Of a stretch of DNA of 64,000 nucleotides, positions 62,763-64,000 are shown piece after piece. Every line of letters begins with the position of its first letter. Within the stretch, counting starts at the first letter, position 1. A program made the translations under genes and the position numbers. The DNA lies in contig BROI01000012.1 of the NCBI GenBank assembly GCA_027923505.1, forward strand, positions 372,001 to 436,000. The letters run 5' to 3'. The notes below the pieces were generated by a model, which saw only the letters and a program-made list of their open reading frames with translations, was not told where the DNA came from and did no database searches. This stretch comes from Mayamaea pseudoterrestris. Its lineage: Eukaryota.

Positions 62763-64000
62763 TTATTTTTCAGCCTGTGACGTGCGTTTGCGTCCTCGGC
62801 ATCCGCGACGAGTTCGCTTTGGAACCTTTGCAATGGTCGCGTCTGTAGATGGGATGGTGTCCTCATTTACGTTGGACAATGGGACAGCGCTGCACGATGC
62901 CAGACTTGAGACAGCCTTGGCAAGTGATGAGCATGGCTTTTGATCCTCTACTGCCAATCTTGTTGGTAGCACCGCTGCCTTGGCGCATGGCAAGGATGCT
63001 CGTTGGAGCGAAGACAGCGGCTTGCGTTCAACAAATGATGACTGGCGGGGCTCCGCCAATGTTGATGGTGGTGCGTCAACCAATTTCGATACTTCTTGTA
63101 TAAGCGGGGCTAATTCATCAGCCTGCAAGCGGGGCAGATGAGCGGCTGGCTGGCATATTCCAATGACAATGCGGAGTGCATGCCCTTCCTGCTGGGTTGT
63201 ATTCTTGCGTCTGCGCCGGCGGCGCTTTTTGGTAATTCCGAAAATGTCAATTGACGAGTCGCTTTCGTCGTCGTCATTCGTCGCAGGCTCGACCGACAAT
63301 GGCTCGGGCACTGAGGCAGTCAAGTCAGTCTTGACCGATGCCTTTGCTTCTTCCACAACCAATGCACCAAAGTGCTCAAAAGATACAGGTTCGTGCACGA
63401 CTCCCTTTGCAATCAACTTCAACTTGTTCACAAGGATGGCTGCAATTTTGTCCTTAATCTCAGCCAACTGAAGCGATGATAGACTCTGCGGTTTGACGCG
63501 GTAGGGTCGCTTGAGTTTGGTCATCCAAAGCTTGGGATCGGCCACTGGCATGTGGCTCGGCTCCTCGATTGCGGTGGTCGGAGACAGTTCATTGGTAACT
63601 GGCACGTCGTTCAACTTTTCATCAAAGATTGCCTCCGCTGGATTCATAGGCATGTCGCTCAGCTGCTCGGCTGCGGATGCCGGAGATAAAGTCTGCAAGG
63701 GTTCGTCGGCAACTGCCATGTCACTCGACTCGTCGTCGATCAGTGCATTGCCAAAATCCGTAGGTAACAAAAGCAAGGGCTTGTCGGGAGAATCGTTATG
63801 TGTTTCCGCACCAACAACGCTTGTTTGCTCATCGACTGCAGTGCTCCATGGATCCATGGTCAGCAGCAGCAACGGCTCGCATGTAGAAAAATTGCCTGAT
63901 TTCTTGCTAGACGAGGATGTTTTTTCAACAATTTGATTCCATGGCGCATTGGCCAGAAGCAGCAACGGCTTGGTGACTGGAACGGTGATAACTTCCTCCA
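62763..64000 (-). CDS. Low-complexity hypothetical protein (5' partial)
   Basis: ORF of 400 aa or more reaching the window edge, with basic NLS-like patches. Confidence 0.6.
   Translation of the reverse strand, partial: EEVITVPVTKPLLLLANAPWNQIVEKTSSSSKKSGNFSTCEPLLLLTMDPWSTAVDEQTSVVGAETHNDSPDKPLLLLPTDFGNALIDDESSDMAVADEPLQTLSPASAAEQLSDMPMNPAEAIFDEKLNDVPVTNELSPTTAIEEPSHMPVADPKLWMTKLKRPYRVKPQSLSSLQLAEIKDKIAAILVNKLKLIAKGVVHEPVSFEHFGALVVEEAKASVKTDLTASVPEPLSVEPATNDDDESDSSIDIFGITKKRRRRRRKNTTQQEGHALRIVIGICQPAAHLPRLQADELAPLIQEVSKLVDAPPSTLAEPRQSSFVERKPLSSLQRASLPCAKAAVLPTRLAVEDQKPCSSLAKAVSSLASCSAVPLSNVNEDTIPSTDATIAKVPKRTRRGCRGRKRTSQAEK

Overview
Eukaryotic genomic DNA, most likely a pennate diatom (spliceosomal introns, bipartite plastid-targeting peptides with A|F cleavage motifs, CoDi-type Copia gag). 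The left half (1-32 kb) is repeat-rich. (i) A Ty3/Gypsy-like element on the minus strand has a pol frame open for 1819 codons that runs off the window edge, so the ORF track missed it. It follows gag-protease in frame behind a single UAG with a downstream 11-bp hairpin, and it carries a ~340-aa degenerate cytosine-5 methyltransferase-like domain between RNase H and integrase. (ii) A truncated APE-RT LINE is fused to a truncated Copia gag plus 5' LTR. (iii) A 15-kb composite satellite alternates a 169-bp monomer with a 180/181-bp monomer in three blocks with conserved junctions; the two monomers look like inverted homologues, and a solo LTR is inserted in the array. The right half (32-64 kb) holds ordinary genes (auxilin-like J-domain protein, histone H3, membrane protein, multicopper oxidase, RPL35, UbiA prenyltransferase, FAD/NAD(P)H reductase, class 3 lipase), a 222-bp tandem repeat and some decayed coding sequence. 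All translations and alignments were done by eye; no database searches were run.
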